DNA from: an uncultured Acidobacteriota bacterium
GTDB taxonomy: Bacteria; Acidobacteriota; Terriglobia; Acidiferrales; UBA7541
Length of the DNA: 64,000 nucleotides
NCBI GenBank assembly: GCA_963731155.1
Contig: CAVSVB010000009.1
Span: forward strand, 46,828 to 110,827
Direction: 5' to 3'
Shown here: piece after piece, positions 40,507 to 50,810 of the stretch
How positions within the stretch are numbered: position 1 is the first letter of the stretch
How the letters are laid out: every line of letters starts with the position of its first letter
Position numbers and translations under genes: made by a program
The notes under the pieces: generated by a model
Database searches by the model: none
Seen by the model: the letters and a program-made list of their open reading frames with translations, nothing else
Told to the model about the DNA's origin: nothing

Positions 40507-43326
40507 TCAATCCGCGGCGTGCGCACGTGCCGCCTTCCGCTTTGCGTGCTTTGCGTCGTTTGCGCTGTTAGCCGGTGTCTTGGCCGATTGCAGGAAGGCC
40601 GGATTCAACAACTTCAACCCAAGCGTCGCACTGAAGCCGTGAATTTCCTTTACATCGAGTTTGCGCATGAATTCGATCGTTTGTGCGTCGACTACCTGAC
40701 CGGGAACCATAATCGGGAACCCCGGCGGATAAGGGATCACGAAATTTGCCGAAACCAACGCCGGCCCATCCTTCAAACGTTTATCGATTTCCGGACTGAA
40801 CAATTTCAAGTGTTCGCACTGCTGTGCGCGATATGCCGAAAAAAACGCCGAACGCATGTCGCCTTCGCTGGTAATGCTCGAAGAATCCTCTCGGAAGCTG
40901 TTGAAGAAAGAGCTGAAATTGGGAAGATCTGGCACGTCCGTCATCAGGGATTTCACGCGGGCAGCAAATGCGTGCTTGGCCGTTGTGCCGCCGTCTTCAA
41001 GTTTCTTTTCAATGCCCTGTGAAATCTGGACGAGTACCTTTATCAGTTGGGCGATGTCGCTGCGCGTGTTGTTAATATTTGTTTGGAGCAGAACGCTGTT
41101 GCGGGATGTCTTGTTGAGTTGAATGTCGTACTCCGCGGCGAGCAGGTTCTTGAATTGCGTACCGTCGAAGCCTGCGGCCCCGCAGACCAGCGTGAGGCGC
41201 GTGACATCCAGCGCGATTTCGTCTTCCTTGAGAGCCTTTACTGCGGTTGCCCAATTGGCTCCCGGCGTCAGGTAGTCCACAAATCCCGAATTCCGATACT
41301 CCGCGGGAATCATTTCGTCGGCGCCGAGGATCCGGAAATACTTCGAGATGAGCGGATGCGAATTTACTTCGCGGCGCAGGTCCAGCGCCAATTGGATGGC
41401 TCGGTTCACCAGTTCGTAGCCCTCCAGCTCCATCTGCCGCCGCGCTACGTCCAAGGACGCAATGATCTGCAAATTGGGTGAAGTGGAGGCGTGCGTAAAG
41501 ACCGCTTCGTGAAATTGCTCTTCGACTGTGTGGTAATCCGGGTCCTTGACCAGCACCATCGAGCCTTGCCGGAGGCAAGACATAGATTTGTGGGTTGAGT
41601 TGGTCTGGTACACGCGCAGGCGCACTTCGTCGGGGTTGGCCAGTAAGCGTGTTTCCAGTAGCCTCGTATCGTCCGGGCGCAGGTCCGCTCCCAGCTTCTT
41701 TTCCTGCTCTTTGTACGCTGCGCGGTAAGCTGGGTCCCGAAACTTTTTCTCGAGTAACGCCGCGGCTCCCATCGCCGTGCGCCGGCGATAGAAGGGGCTG
41801 AATGCTGCGAAGCCAAACCACGCCTCATCCCACAAAAAGATAAGATCGGGCTTGATCGCCAGACATTCCTCCATCACTCTCTCGGTGTTGTAGATGTGTC
41901 CGTCGAAGGTGCAATTCGTGAGCACCAGGAGGCGTGCACGATCCAGCCGGCCCTCTGCTTTTAGATCGAGCAGGGCTTTTTTGATCGTGCGCAAAGGCAC
42001 CGCACCGTACATTGAGTATTGAGTCAGCGGATAGGCCTCTACGTACAGCGGGAAGGCGCCCGAAATCACAGCGCCGTAGTGGTGGGACTTATGGCAGTTG
42101 CGGTCAACCAGCATGATGTCGCCGGGGCCCAGCAACGCTTGTTCCACCATCTTATTTGAGGTGGACGTTCCGTTGGTCACGAAAAACACGTGGTCTGCGC
42201 CAAAAGCTCGCGCGGCCTTCTCTTGTGCGATCTTGATGTTTCCTGTTGGCTCCAGCAGGCTGTCGAGGCCTCCGGTCGTTGCCGATGATTCCGCCAGAAA
42301 CAGGTTAAGTCCATAAAACTCCCCCATGTCGCGAATCCAGTTCGATTTGAAGATCGATTTTCCCCTTGCTATCGGCAGCGCGTGGAATGTGCCTATCGGC
42401 CGTTGCGCATACTTCTGCAAATTGTCGAAGTAGGGTGTGTCGTACCGGTCTGCGATGCCGTCGAGGATGCTCAGGTGTAATTCCAGAGGTTCCTCCACTT
42501 GGTAGAAAATGCGCCGGACGCACGCAGCGCTAATGTCGCCGGCAATTTTTTCCGCTTGGCGATCGCTCAGAAAGTAAACGTCCAACTCCGGCCTTAACTG
42601 TTTCAGTCCTTGCGCGAGAGCCAGGCCGTATTGCCCTGATGTAGGGTCAATTCCGCTCGCTGCTAGATGATTGGTTAGAAATTCCCGCAAAATGGGATTG
42701 TTGTGAGACGACGCGAACGGAATACCTTCGTAGATGACCACGGCCTCGATGCTGCCGTTTAGGATGGCCCCGAGTACTGCATCCTCGAAATTTCCCGCGA
42801 ACACCGACTCATAGATAAACTTGTCCTCTGGCCTGCGCAGCTTGCGCAATTCTTGTCCCAGCTCGGACCACGCGGAGGGTCGGGCTGGACTTACCACCAG
42901 AACCTCGAAATACGGGCGATACTTGGAAGCTCCACCCGCCCCCGGTAGCCGGTCGGTGAAGCTCATCGACTGCTCGTCGTTCTCCCATTCGGAAACATTG
43001 GTTCGGTAAGAATGTGTGAGTAGTGCAGCGCTGATCTTCTGGACCATCCCGACCGTGCCGATCGGATCACCGGCAGCGACGCGCTCTTGCACCGTCTTCA
43101 GCAATGCCGGTCCCGGAAATGCAAAGAAATCTTCCCACTGTCGCAGTTCCACAAAAGCTGCCGAGACGATTTCCTTAAGCTTCTCAACTTCGGAACGCGG
43201 TTGATTAGCTGCGGCTTCCCACGAGCGAGCTGCTTGGAGTAATGATCGCCAGCGGTCCAGACGCGCCTCCGCCATGGTGAAAAACCGGTCCAGTTGAGCG
43301 TCCCGCACTTTTGTTGAGCTGCTCAT
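40507..43326 (-). CDS. Orn/Lys/Arg decarboxylase, large PLP fold-I form with N-terminal extension
   Basis: FFVTNGTSTSNK, DRNCHKSH, NCTFDG, WDEAW, STHKS (PLP Lys), HASTSP, PYPPGFP; ATG at 43326 with AGGAG RBS. Confidence 0.92.
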   Translation of the reverse strand: MSSSTKVRDAQLDRFFTMAEARLDRWRSLLQAARSWEAAANQPRSEVEKLKEIVSAAFVELRQWEDFFAFPGPALLKTVQERVAAGDPIGTVGMVQKISAALLTHSYRTNVSEWENDEQSMSFTDRLPGAGGASKYRPYFEVLVVSPARPSAWSELGQELRKLRRPEDKFIYESVFAGNFEDAVLGAILNGSIEAVVIYEGIPFASSHNNPILREFLTNHLAASGIDPTSGQYGLALAQGLKQLRPELDVYFLSDRQAEKIAGDISAACVRRIFYQVEEPLELHLSILDGIADRYDTPYFDNLQKYAQRPIGTFHALPIARGKSIFKSNWIRDMGEFYGLNLFLAESSATTGGLDSLLEPTGNIKIAQEKAARAFGADHVFFVTNGTSTSNKMVEQALLGPGDIMLVDRNCHKSHHYGAVISGAFPLYVEAYPLTQYSMYGAVPLRTIKKALLDLKAEGRLDRARLLVLTNCTFDGHIYNTERVMEECLAIKPDLIFLWDEAWFGFAAFSPFYRRRTAMGAAALLEKKFRDPAYRAAYKEQEKKLGADLRPDDTRLLETRLLANPDEVRLRVYQTNSTHKSMSCLRQGSMVLVKDPDYHTVEEQFHEAVFTHASTSPNLQIIASLDVARRQMELEGYELVNRAIQLALDLRREVNSHPLISKYFRILGADEMIPAEYRNSGFVDYLTPGANWATAVKALKEDEIALDVTRLTLVCGAAGFDGTQFKNLLAAEYDIQLNKTSRNSVLLQTNINNTRSDIAQLIKVLVQISQGIEKKLEDGGTTAKHAFAARVKSLMTDVPDLPNFSSFFNSFREDSSSITSEGDMRSAFFSAYRAQQCEHLKLFSPEIDKRLKDGPALVSANFVIPYPPGFPIMVPGQVVDAQTIEFMRKLDVKEIHGFSATLGLKLLNPAFLQSAKTPANSANDAKHAKRKAARAHAAD

Positions 43327-43597
43327 AACTGTTCTCCTGTTTCGATCTCTAAAACTCCGCGTGCCCGACGATGCACTCAAGGTTTTTCTCTTAAGTTGTT
43401 GACCGCATCCTGCGCTGGGGGACGCGGTGCACGCTCCGCCCGCAGAACGCCTTGTCAGCGCCGCTGTTTTGGACCTGGGCGCTTCTATTTTCGTGCTGCC
43501 TCACCGAGTCTTTTCTTCTGTTGGTTCGGTCGCACGCGCCGGAAAGAGATTCCCAGCCTTTCGTGGGGAGGTTAGGTCAGCTGTGGGGGATCAAAAA

Positions 43598-43613
43598 CTG
43601 GCAAAACTGACAG
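43598..43613 (-). promoter_or_regulatory. Regulon box for the decarboxylase-aspT-aspD-aspT operon (CTGGCA-AAAC-TGACAG)
   Basis: 11/12; TAACCT 23 nt downstream on the minus strand. Confidence 0.85.
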
Positions 43614-43619
43614 GGAACT

Positions 43620-44390
43620 TCATTGGAGGCGCAGGGAGTTCGCAAGATTCTCTAGATTTTGCGGATGCACCCGAATCGCTCCGCGCCCTGGGCTATCGAT
43701 ATCCGCGATGAGAAAGAGTGAGATCGCCAAGAATATCGGTAGAATCCAAAACGGGAACGCGCTTCTGTCGTGTGCGAGATAGCCTATCAAAACGTTGCAA
43801 AGGATACCGATGGTGATCAGCAGGATCCATGCAGCAACCGGGATTCGATTCCACCAGGCTGCCTGTGAGTACCCCTGCGAGTTCAAGACGTCGTTCATCC
43901 CTTGAGCGACAATAGCGGCCACGGGCGTTGGATTCTCTGACGTCGGCCCTTTGACCTCTGACCACATCTCCTTCTGCAACAGTGCGGTCTGGACGTTATT
44001 TTGTTCGAGTAAATGCCCGTGAGGTGTAGTGTAAAAAAGGATTCGCTGATAGAGATAGCTCTTCAGCAAAGCACGCACTCTTTCTGCATTGGCGGCGGGT
44101 AAAAAATCCGCCCGCACATACTCCGTTCCGATCGCGTTGGCTTCCTCTTCCTCAAGATTCTTGCGTTGATCGTATCTGCTCACTGCCATCGAAAAGGTGA
44201 AGCCGATAATTAGTCCTAGTAACGTCAAAGTAGCACCTAAGACGAGCTTGAAATCTTCAAGCGTGCTTTCGCCCAGCTCCCCATAACGGCTGTGGAAGAT
44301 GGCGCCGATGCGCGCTCCGAGCCAGAATACAGCGACAGATCCCACAAACAAGAATACGGGGTAGTTCAGTGGACTGAACATTTGGGGCAT
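43620..44390 (-). CDS. DUF4239 / bestrophin-like membrane protein
   Basis: LLGLIIGFTFSMAVSRYDQR...EEANAIGT.Y, IADIDSP.RG.I. Confidence 0.8.
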   Translation of the reverse strand: MPQMFSPLNYPVFLFVGSVAVFWLGARIGAIFHSRYGELGESTLEDFKLVLGATLTLLGLIIGFTFSMAVSRYDQRKNLEEEEANAIGTEYVRADFLPAANAERVRALLKSYLYQRILFYTTPHGHLLEQNNVQTALLQKEMWSEVKGPTSENPTPVAAIVAQGMNDVLNSQGYSQAAWWNRIPVAAWILLITIGILCNVLIGYLAHDRSAFPFWILPIFLAISLFLIADIDSPGRGAIRVHPQNLENLANSLRLQ

Positions 44391-44601
44391 CGTTATTCGC
44401 TAGCAGTGGAGTCTACACCAGGTCGGAAATGAATACCGCGACAACAAACGTCCCGATCAGCAAGGGGCTTTCCGCATCGGGATGTATGCGTTTCGAGTGA
44501 CAATATCGCCATTCGCCTAACTCAGAAGGGGCCGGTCTTCGGAATTGATTGCCACTGTGGAGCCTGCTAAACGCCCACGCTTTGATCAGGACAACCAACC
44601 A

Positions 44602-46195
44602 CTACCAAGTGCCGATGCGAAGCACCGCTTGTGTCGTCACCCGCACCCCGGCCTGTGGGCGAATCATATCCACATCTCCCATCCAGGAGTGTGTGTACTG
44701 CACGCTGACGAGGCGCCAAGCAAATGCTCTCGTCATTACCACGTCCACTCCTCCGCCCACTGCAATACTCGGCCCGTTATTGGCCACTTCCACAGACCAG
44801 TCGCTTCGCTTCGGGTAGTGGCTCAAGGTCCCACTGCCGTCATTCCATTCCTTCATCAGCTTTGTTCGCAACGCCTCGTCATCTGTCTCGAAAGTTACCT
44901 TCCGCCCGCCAAACGAGCATTTCAACATAGGGGGAGAACTTCTGCGCTGCTCGTGGTGTCCATCTGAGCCCTCCACCGTAGAACAACGAATCTCCGCTCT
45001 GGTTAGATCTAGGCATGTGAAGTACCATGCACCCGCTCACTTCCGTCACTACTTGAAGCGTCGGGCTCACTCGAGCCGCTCCCGAGCCGCCTCCACCGAT
45101 GCAGCTGCCTCCACTAAGGAGACTTTCGTAAACCGGGAATGCTGCCAGCTCTATCGGTGCTGCTTTCGGGTAGGTGCGATGGAACTCGACCCCTTGGTCC
45201 GACGTTGACCGGCGTTGGAATGTAAACGGTTTTGGCCCCAGTCCAGCTTTGTAGTCGAGCAGCATCTCTCTGCGAATTTCCCCAGCCGGTCCAAACAGTC
45301 CAATGCGAGTATCTCGATTCCAGGGGACCCGGAACGCCATCATGTTCGCAAACGACCGTCCGGGGTTCAAAAAGGACCGCGTCAGAATGATCAGCATCCG
45401 GTTGTCAGTCCGGTTTTCCAGGCCCATGATTAAGTAGCGGTCCGCCACATCCTCCGCAATCATCGTTGCTGCTCCTAATGTTGGGGTGTCGACCAGCGTG
45501 ACGAATCCCGGCGAAGCATGCAGCATCACGTTCCCGTAAGAAGCTTCGCTCAATGGTCCGATTTTCCATTGCGTGTGCCAAACCGCGCTGAACGCCATCG
45601 ACCGCAACAAGCTGACGAAGTAGTCCCGCCCGTCTCCCCACTGCACTTTGCGGTATCGCGGATCGTTTTGCCGCAGAATATATCCGAACACTGCCCCCTC
45701 AATGGAATGGCCTACATAGGGAGCCATAAAAGAATCGCCGTCGCTCCAACCGCGCAGTTCAGCCAGCGATTGTGTGTAGTTTTGAAACCAGTGGCCGTTC
45801 AGTGTGTCCCGTGTCCCGGGTTCAGAAGCCGTACGAAACGCGTGCATTATGCCCGTGTAATACAAGGACTCCATGAGGGCCGACATCCAATGAACCCTTG
45901 TGTCTGATTCTGGCTGCACTACTGGCTGGATTGCAGTGCCCGGGAGCGTTCCTCTCGCAGCACGTCCCAATTCACCCGGCCGCACCAGCATGGTCCCCTG
46001 AATGTCGTACGGAGTGTCGCGCAGTGGGCGTACGTCTGTCTTCAGCGGGCGCCAGTCTTTACGTGTTTCATCCAGGAATTGCGTCTGCACATACAACACC
46101 TGGAAACGATCGGGCGATAGTTCAACACTCGATTGCGCAGCTGTAGACAGTGCGGAAAACCACGAGGCCGCCAGTGCACATAACACGAAAGACAT
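44602..46195 (-). pseudogene. Putative outer-membrane protein, frameshifted
   Basis: Signal peptide, W.DGD.F...YVGH..EG motif, C-terminal beta-strands; extra base at ~44912 splits YVEML/FGGRKV...AVLRIGTW. Confidence 0.7.
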
Positions 46196-46448
46196 CTTTC
46201 TCTTTATCGACACTTTTATTTCTCCCACTATCAAATCTCGGGATTCCGTGCACTTCACGAGTCGTGCGTCCCTTTCCGCTGCGGGGCCTCAAGACTCTCT
46301 GTGCCCCAAAATGTTGAGCCGTCATTCCGACCTTCATTCGGCGTCCGTTTCAAGAATGAGCCCATCCACTCTTGGATCCGGTCGGAGGAGGATGGAAACT
46401 TGGTTCTATCCACACTTCAAACTTAGCGGTGACGCGTGTCGCCATGTA

Positions 46449-46464
46449 CTGTCAGAAATGTCAG
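46449..46464 (-). promoter_or_regulatory. Regulon box (CTGTCA-GAAA-TGTCAG)
   Basis: 11/12; TAAGTT 23 nt downstream on the minus strand. Confidence 0.85.
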
Positions 46465-46772
46465 GAGTCCACTGCGATTGATGTCAGGCTTGCCTCGGAA
46501 AGTTCTTCGATGCTTTCTGGCCTTGGATTACATCGGCTGGTCTCTCGCCGCCAGCCTACTGTTGATCTCCCTGATCGCGGCGAGACTTCCTAACACAATC
46601 CGTCGGCACGTGCTGACCGGAAGCTTACGAATCAAAGCAGTGGACGAGACGCGATTCGTTCGTCGCCACGAAGAATGCTCGAATCCCGTAATAGGCAAAA
46701 GGAAAACGGGCCCTCGACCACATCTGGAAAGTTTCGCTTACCGTGCAGAACGAATTGTGGATTTTGTTAGTG

Positions 46773-47356
46773 TTAGTGCCAAATCTTTCCACCGCGGGAC
46801 TGCAAACATTGCCTGACCGGTTTTGAATCATTGCCGTGCCCCGAGTTGAATGTTGCAACACATTTGACCCGGGCCGTCTTAATGCTAAGAAATCTGCATA
46901 CATGCCAATTAGGCAGAAAGTGTGCGACGAGAACGTATTCCGCGACTCGCAAGCTTCCATCGAGACGCCTAACCTTACATACACCATGCCTTTTCTCTCG
47001 TCTTATGAACGGGGAACTATGTCCGGCGAGGTATGGCTGACCCTGCAAAAGAAAGATATCGATTGTGAACTTCTTCATGTTCGTTTCCGAGACTCCGAAT
47101 AAATTCGGGGCTTCCGAGTTTGCGGTAATGAATCGGCCGTCAACGTCCGTTATAACGATTGCATCGAGGGAGCTTGCTAACAACTTCACAACTTCCGCAA
47201 ATCATTCTCTGTTGTGAGAAGTGCCTTCTGTACTGCCCGGCGTTAGTCGACTGCACTCCCTCCCAGTTTGGTGAGCGTGTCCTGTGCTAGCCGCAGATAT
47301 ACCCTTACTGGTTCCAGCGCGGCCACAAGTTGCGATCTGAATTTGATGATTTCCAT
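46773..47356 (-). pseudogene. Stand-alone PAS-domain protein, disrupted
   Basis: MEIIKFRSQ... premature TAA at 47243..47245 and 8-bp tandem duplication ACAACTTC (47180..47195); restoring the frame gives ENDLRKLLASSLDAIVITDVDGRFITAN...RRLDGS. Confidence 0.75.
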
Positions 47357-47430
47357 AGGCCAGCCAAATTCGAACTGAATTCTGCATTGGTTATAGATGA
47401 TTAAAGCGGAGGAGTAACGAATGGCGGGAC

Positions 47431-47446
47431 CCGTCAGGAATGACAG
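47431..47446 (-). promoter_or_regulatory. Regulon box upstream of the PAS pseudogene (CCGTCA-GGAA-TGACAG)
   Basis: 11/12; TTTAAT 25 nt downstream (23 nt in the duplicate copy at 53580). Confidence 0.75.
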
Positions 47447-47625
47447 ATGGGAATCTTTAGCTTGAGTCAACTATATCATCAACACGGTATCTGGCAAAAA
47501 GGAAGGCACCTGTCCCCGTTGTTTGCACACCGTCCCAAAGCGAGGCGGAAAGTATACGATTCCGGATACTCTCAAACTCTCAAACCGATCGCTGCTCGAA
47601 CCAAGCGGATGAGCTTCGCGTTAAT

Positions 47626-47641
47626 CTGTTACTTTTAACAG
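47626..47641 (+). promoter_or_regulatory. Regulon box for the Ig-SYLF gene (CTGTTA-CTTT-TAACAG)
   Basis: Symmetric variant, 10/12; TAGTCT 23 nt downstream. Confidence 0.8.
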
Positions 47642-47746
47642 TTCCGCCGCGCACCTAGCGAACCTAGTCTGTGTATTCTCTACTCTGTGCGATTGCCTTC
47701 CCGAGTCGAAGTATTGGAGTTCACCGAGTAGGTTGGAGGTGCGGTC

Positions 47747-49096
47747 ATGACATATCCTCGATCCCGTCGGGTGAAACTACTTTGGGTTCTGTGTTTCCCC
47801 GTGGCTTGCTTTGGCCAAACTGCTGGTAGCGGTTCAAGTACGGCGTCGAATCCTCTCAACGTATACGCCCCGCCTTGCATCTCTCACGTTAAGCAATACA
47901 TCGCAGTGAATTGTCAGATTACACCGACAGGGGGTGCGCAACCGTACAGCTATGCGTTTACTGGAGGCTTTCCAACGGGGATGTCTATGTCCACTGGTTT
48001 GGGCGGTGGCTTGATCAATGGAACCCCCCAAGGGATAACTGGCGCGCAGGCCACAGTGACGGTAACGGATGTAAGAGGGGGCATCGCCGCAACTTCGTTC
48101 ATGATCACGCCGGCAGGGTTAACTGGCTCAGGCCCGTGCGGGGGCGCCATCTGCGTCACGGCGGCCGGTTACGCGATCAAAACGGCTGAAGGTTATACCA
48201 TCACAACGTCAGCCACGGTGCAGATGACGGCCACCAGCTATTGGAGTGATAACACAAGCCTTGATCTAACCACCACAGCGACCTGGGCCTGCACTCCGAC
48301 TCCGGACTGCGGTTCAATCTCAGCAAATGGCCTTTATAGAGCTGGAAAGTCCGCCGCCACCTACCGCGTAACGGCAACGTTCTCCGGAGTGACGGATGAT
48401 GGAGGGTCGGGAGTCGCGGTTACTGCGGCCACCATCCAAACCCACACCAAAGAGAACGACCGAGTCGCAAATTCTGGCACGGTGATGAAGGAAGTCCTGC
48501 AACTGCGGAGTGGCATACCCGCGGCGGTGCTACAGAAGGCAGAATGCGTCATCGTTGTGCCTTCAACCCTGAAGTTCGCTGTTGGCGTTGGTGGAAGCTA
48601 CGGGCGTGGAGTAATGACTTGCCGCGGAGAGCCCGACTTTAAAGGACCGTGGGGGGCTCCGTCGATGATCGCGCTCGGGGGAGGCGGCTTTGGTTTTCAG
48701 GTCGGCGGGCAAGCCACAGACTTTGTTTTTCTCCTGATGAATGAACGTGCTGCGACCAGCATTCTCAAGAGCAAAGTCAAGCTCGGCGCTACTGCGTCGG
48801 CTGCCGGCGGGCCCGTTGGACGTGAATCAACTGCCGCCACGGATCTATTCCTACGCGCAGAGATACTTTCGTACTCACGCGCTCGGGGACTTTTTGCTGG
48901 CGTTTCACTGGAAGGCTCCACGCTACGGCCCGACAAAAAGGCAAACCGAAAGCTTTATGGAAAAGATCTGAGTGCGAAAGCAATTGTGCTCGAGGGTGAA
49001 GTTTCGCCGCCATCATCCGCGCTGGAACTCCTGTCGGTACTGAACACCGGGTCACCCACCAACAAGTCAGCGGTCAGTTCACCTCAGGGAAAATGA
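47747..49096 (+). CDS. Ig-like domains fused to a lipid-binding SYLF/YSC84 domain
   Basis: GGAGG RBS, signal peptide, TGGAQPY...FPTGMS...INGTP, then GGSYGRGVMTCR, GFQVGGQATD, EILSYSRARGLFAGVSLEG. Confidence 0.85.
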   Translation: MTYPRSRRVKLLWVLCFPVACFGQTAGSGSSTASNPLNVYAPPCISHVKQYIAVNCQITPTGGAQPYSYAFTGGFPTGMSMSTGLGGGLINGTPQGITGAQATVTVTDVRGGIAATSFMITPAGLTGSGPCGGAICVTAAGYAIKTAEGYTITTSATVQMTATSYWSDNTSLDLTTTATWACTPTPDCGSISANGLYRAGKSAATYRVTATFSGVTDDGGSGVAVTAATIQTHTKENDRVANSGTVMKEVLQLRSGIPAAVLQKAECVIVVPSTLKFAVGVGGSYGRGVMTCRGEPDFKGPWGAPSMIALGGGGFGFQVGGQATDFVFLLMNERAATSILKSKVKLGATASAAGGPVGRESTAATDLFLRAEILSYSRARGLFAGVSLEGSTLRPDKKANRKLYGKDLSAKAIVLEGEVSPPSSALELLSVLNTGSPTNKSAVSSPQGK

Positions 49097-49240
49097 ATCA
49101 GCGGCTGGCCCAGGGACCCAACATGGGCTTCTCTAAACTGAGCTCACACCGGTTCGCTGAACACCTTTTGTTTCAGCGATGGCCCCCCATTCATAACTGC
49201 AACTGATCCATGATCCGCGTGCGCATCGGCACGTTGCTGC

Positions 49241-50810
49241 TGATGGAAGCGGGCTGGTGCTCCCGTTGGTTAGTTTCAAGACTGCAGAAGGAAAACACAC
49301 TCAATCTTCTGCTCAAGATCACTCGCTGGTCAGAGACAGCACGGGAGGATCATGTGAAGGGAACGTGGATTTCGAAGGGTTTGGCGTTAGTGTGGCCGCC
49401 TATCGCTATGTTCCTGCGCAGAGACGATTGCGGTGGCGGTAGCGGAGCAGAACGGGGAGGTGAGGTCGCTCGGGATCATTCCGAATCGTGAGGATTCGGT
49501 TCGGAAGCTGGTAAGAAAACTGGGGGCGGTGGAGGAACTGCGGTTTTGTTATGAGGCGGGTCCGACGGGCTACGTGCTGTACTGGCAACTGACCAGGATG
49601 GGGGCAAAGTGCGAAGTGGTGGCGCCCACCTTGGTGCCGGTGAAATCCGGGGATCGCGTGAAAACGGATCGGCGGGATGCTTTGAAGCTGGCGCGGAATT
49701 ATCGGGCAGGAGAGCTAACGCCGGTGTGGGTGCCGGATGCGGCTCACGAGGCGTTGCGGGATCTGGTTCGCGCCCGAGAAGCGGCCAAGAAGGATGAACT
49801 TCGAGCACGGCATCGGTTGAATAAGTTTCTGTTGCGGCAAGGCCGACGACCGCCGATGGGGGTAAAGCTTTGGACGATAAAGTACCTGGAATGGGTGAAA
49901 CGGGAAGTACATTTCGAACAGATGGCTCAGGAAGCCACGCTGCTGGATTACCTGCACGAGGTGGAGCATGCGGCAGCACGCATCGCGCGGCTCGATGGTG
50001 CGATTGCAGAAGCCGTGAAAGTTGGCGCCGCCTAAGATGCGTGCCGTGATCGAGGCATTGCAGGCGCTACGAGGAATCGCGCACGTTGCAGCGGTAACGG
50101 TGGTCGCCGAACTGGGAGAACTGTCCCGGTTTGCCAGAGCAAAGCAGTTAATGGGTTACGGAGGAATTGTGGCCAGTGAACACTCGAGTGGGGAGCGCAC
50201 ACGACGAGGGAGTATCACCAAGACAGGCAATGCGCATCTACGGCGGGTGGTGGTTGAGGCCGCGTGGAACTACCGACACCGACCGGCCGTGGGAACCAGC
50301 TTGCGCAAGCGGCAAGAACATGTCAGTGAAGAGGTCAAAGAGATCGCCTGGAAAGCACAACAGCGGTTACATCAACGCTATAAGAAGTTGCTGGCCAACG
50401 GCAAGAACAAGGGCGTAGTGGTCACGGCGATCGGACGCGAGTTGTTGGGTTTTATCTGGGCCATCGGGATAAAAGTAGAAGCCGCGCAGAAAGAGTCGCT
50501 GCAGCGGGCGGCATAACGTGAATTCATTCTAAAGTCAGAAGCGCAAAGGAGGCAGCGTGGGTAGTGGTCGAGAGGTACACGGAAAGGAGAATCCTCGAAA
50601 GCTACTATGCGGTAGGTCTTCGGACCGAACCCACGTCGCTAGTCCGAGGCAGCTCCCGACGGATCACGATTATGCGGTTTCGACCCGCGAATATCAGAGT
50701 GATCAACCGTCGCGAAAACCATCTCGACCACGACTCTACGCTGCCTCCTAAAGAGGGAAAAGAAGAAAGAAGAAAACAGTTGCTCGTAGTTGACGGGTCA
50801 TTCCATATCA
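49241..50810 (+). mobile_element. IS110-family element (IS1111-like layout), transposase disrupted
   Basis: CYEAGPTG, VKTDRRDA, EHSSG, ITKTGNAHLRR; N-terminal GLDVH region scrambled (~49352..49420), +1 frameshift at ~50020; ~290-nt non-coding right end finishing TTGAC...TTCCATATC; ends approximate. Confidence 0.88.

Noticed and set aside
50010-50030. Programmed frameshift in the IS110 transposase
   Set aside because: Not typical of IS110, no slippery heptamer, and the N-terminus is also damaged
50564-50807. N-terminal extension of the L,D-transpeptidase ORF
   Set aside because: It lies in the IS110 non-coding right end and is a chance open frame
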